A stretch of DNA of 62,994 bases, filler included, from Dimargaris cristalligena (lineage: Eukaryota), in NCBI GenBank assembly GCA_003614675.1. It is 24 parts of 24 records of this genome, joined end to end, with 100 filler letters (N's around TTAATTAATTAA, not from the genome) between each part and the next. Parts side by side here need not be neighbours in the genome. Positions count along the whole stretch, not along the records: positions 60,509 to 62,994 come from ML004196.1; 23 more parts are not named here. One strand, 5' to 3'. Below the pieces are notes generated by a model. The model did not search any database. It was not told the origin of the DNA and saw only the letters and a program-made list of their open reading frames with translations. Each line of letters starts with the position of its first letter. Position 1 is the stretch's first letter. This document shows, in pieces, positions 61,598-62,994 of the stretch. The translations under genes were made by a program, and so were the position numbers.

Positions 61598-62994
61598 GCT
61601 GGACAATGTAACTCGTACAGGGGGGAGAGGATTGGGTTGGAGGGTAGGAATTGTTTCAAAAATAAAATCAAATAGCGAAAGAAATCAAGCAGAGCAGCGG
61701 TCAGTCAACTCAAGTAAGTTATATCAAAAATCAAATAAAATGCTTATTAATTGGCGTAGCGGTGGTATAGTGGATAGAAAGGTTGAAATATAATGTAGAG
61801 ACTTTGAAGGGTGATGTTTAGAGTATGGGTGGTGGATAGGTGTATTTATAATCGGGATATGGAAATGCATTTGGAGAGGGGAAGGGAGCACTGCTCAGAA
61901 ACACATGATGGTACCGCGGGTATTGCCTTCTTTAAGCCGACCCACCTCCATACTCTTAGCCTTGTTTCTTTTACTGTTTTATTAAATCCTGTAGAGCACC
62001 CTTTGTTATGAACCATTCATTGCCTATATAACCAGGGTTGTCAATCACCTGCATTGCCAACTCGTTAATTTATAAATCGAAACAATACCAGATCCCATAT
62101 GACTGCGGCATTGTATAGGGAGCGGGTTATAAAGAGAGGTGGATTTCGTGGGTCCCTTTGAGCAATGGTTAGGTAAAAGGGAGGGTGATATGGCTGGCGG
62201 ACGGGCCGATGGGGGAGGGGCAATTGAAGGAACGCAAGGCTGGAGGCTCTACGCCTACATTGATCCCAAACTGATTTGCAGTGGCGTAGGATAGTCAACA
62301 AAGAGAGTCCCGGGCAGGGCTGCATTGTTAGAGCGTGATTGAATCTATCCTACCTTCCCTTCACCTTATAGCATGAGTTAAAAAATTTGGCGATGAATAC
62401 GATAATGGGTGAGGGGGAGACACCCCTCCATCATACCGAAAACCTATCCGGGTCGCTCTATTTCAGTTCAGTTTAGCGAAATGCTATCGCCCACCCATAA
62501 TGTAAAGGATATATGGCTAACTGTATTCCCAACACAGAAAATGAGCATTATCATCCTTCGCTGGGAGATACGCCTCACTATTGTTAAATTGAATATTACA
62601 ATATAGATGGGAGTGGTGTATAATGGCACATCTGCACTCGCAGTCTCGGTCATCGCACTGGGCATGGCTAATGTGTTAGCTACACTTTCTAAAGGATGTG
62701 AAAACTAGGGCTATTATTAAAAAACCATGCCGGCCCCTTTATCAGATACATTAGATCAAAAACATTTACATATTGAAAAATATACGGCGAGTGAAATAAA
62801 ACCTTGAAAAAATAAAAAGTTATAACACCAACTATTCCCAAGTAGTCACCCACCTCAGTACTAAATTGGCTGATAGATACTTAAATTCGCAGATCTAACG
62901 GGATACGGTGCAAACAGCTACATATGGTCCAAAGACCCCATGTTGTGCAATAGCAGGAGAATAGTGAAAAGGAAAGTTTAAACAGTAATAAACG

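Overview
This window is not one locus. It is 24 unrelated contigs of about 2.5 kb, in decreasing length order, joined by 100-nt N spacers that carry TTAATTAATTAA. Exact 55-nt inverted overlaps at contig starts and a fold-back contig suggest a de Bruijn assembly of whole-genome-amplified DNA. Most contigs look like a fungal genome, probably early-diverging: an intron-containing DAM1, tRNA-Lys(CTT), a secreted Kelch protein, a CBM19-like peptide, a class-3 lipase pseudogene and an intronless NRPS fragment. These lie among nested Ty3/Gypsy, Ty1/Copia and Tc1 relics with strong repeat-restricted C->T hypermutation. Three contigs are foreign. Two are giant-virus (Nucleocytoviricota) contigs: 1-2573 (major capsid protein plus a NUMOD1-repeat protein) and 39671-42182 (TPR, small membrane and flotillin-like proteins). 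Both share an intergenic TATCGATA motif. The third is a GC-rich bacterial contig with virB11-virB2-virB3-virB4 (26543-29074). Top leads: a fungus-associated giant virus, RIP-like mutation of repeats, and a Gypsy element with a dUTPase between RNase H and integrase. Family calls come from motif recognition by eye; no searches were run.
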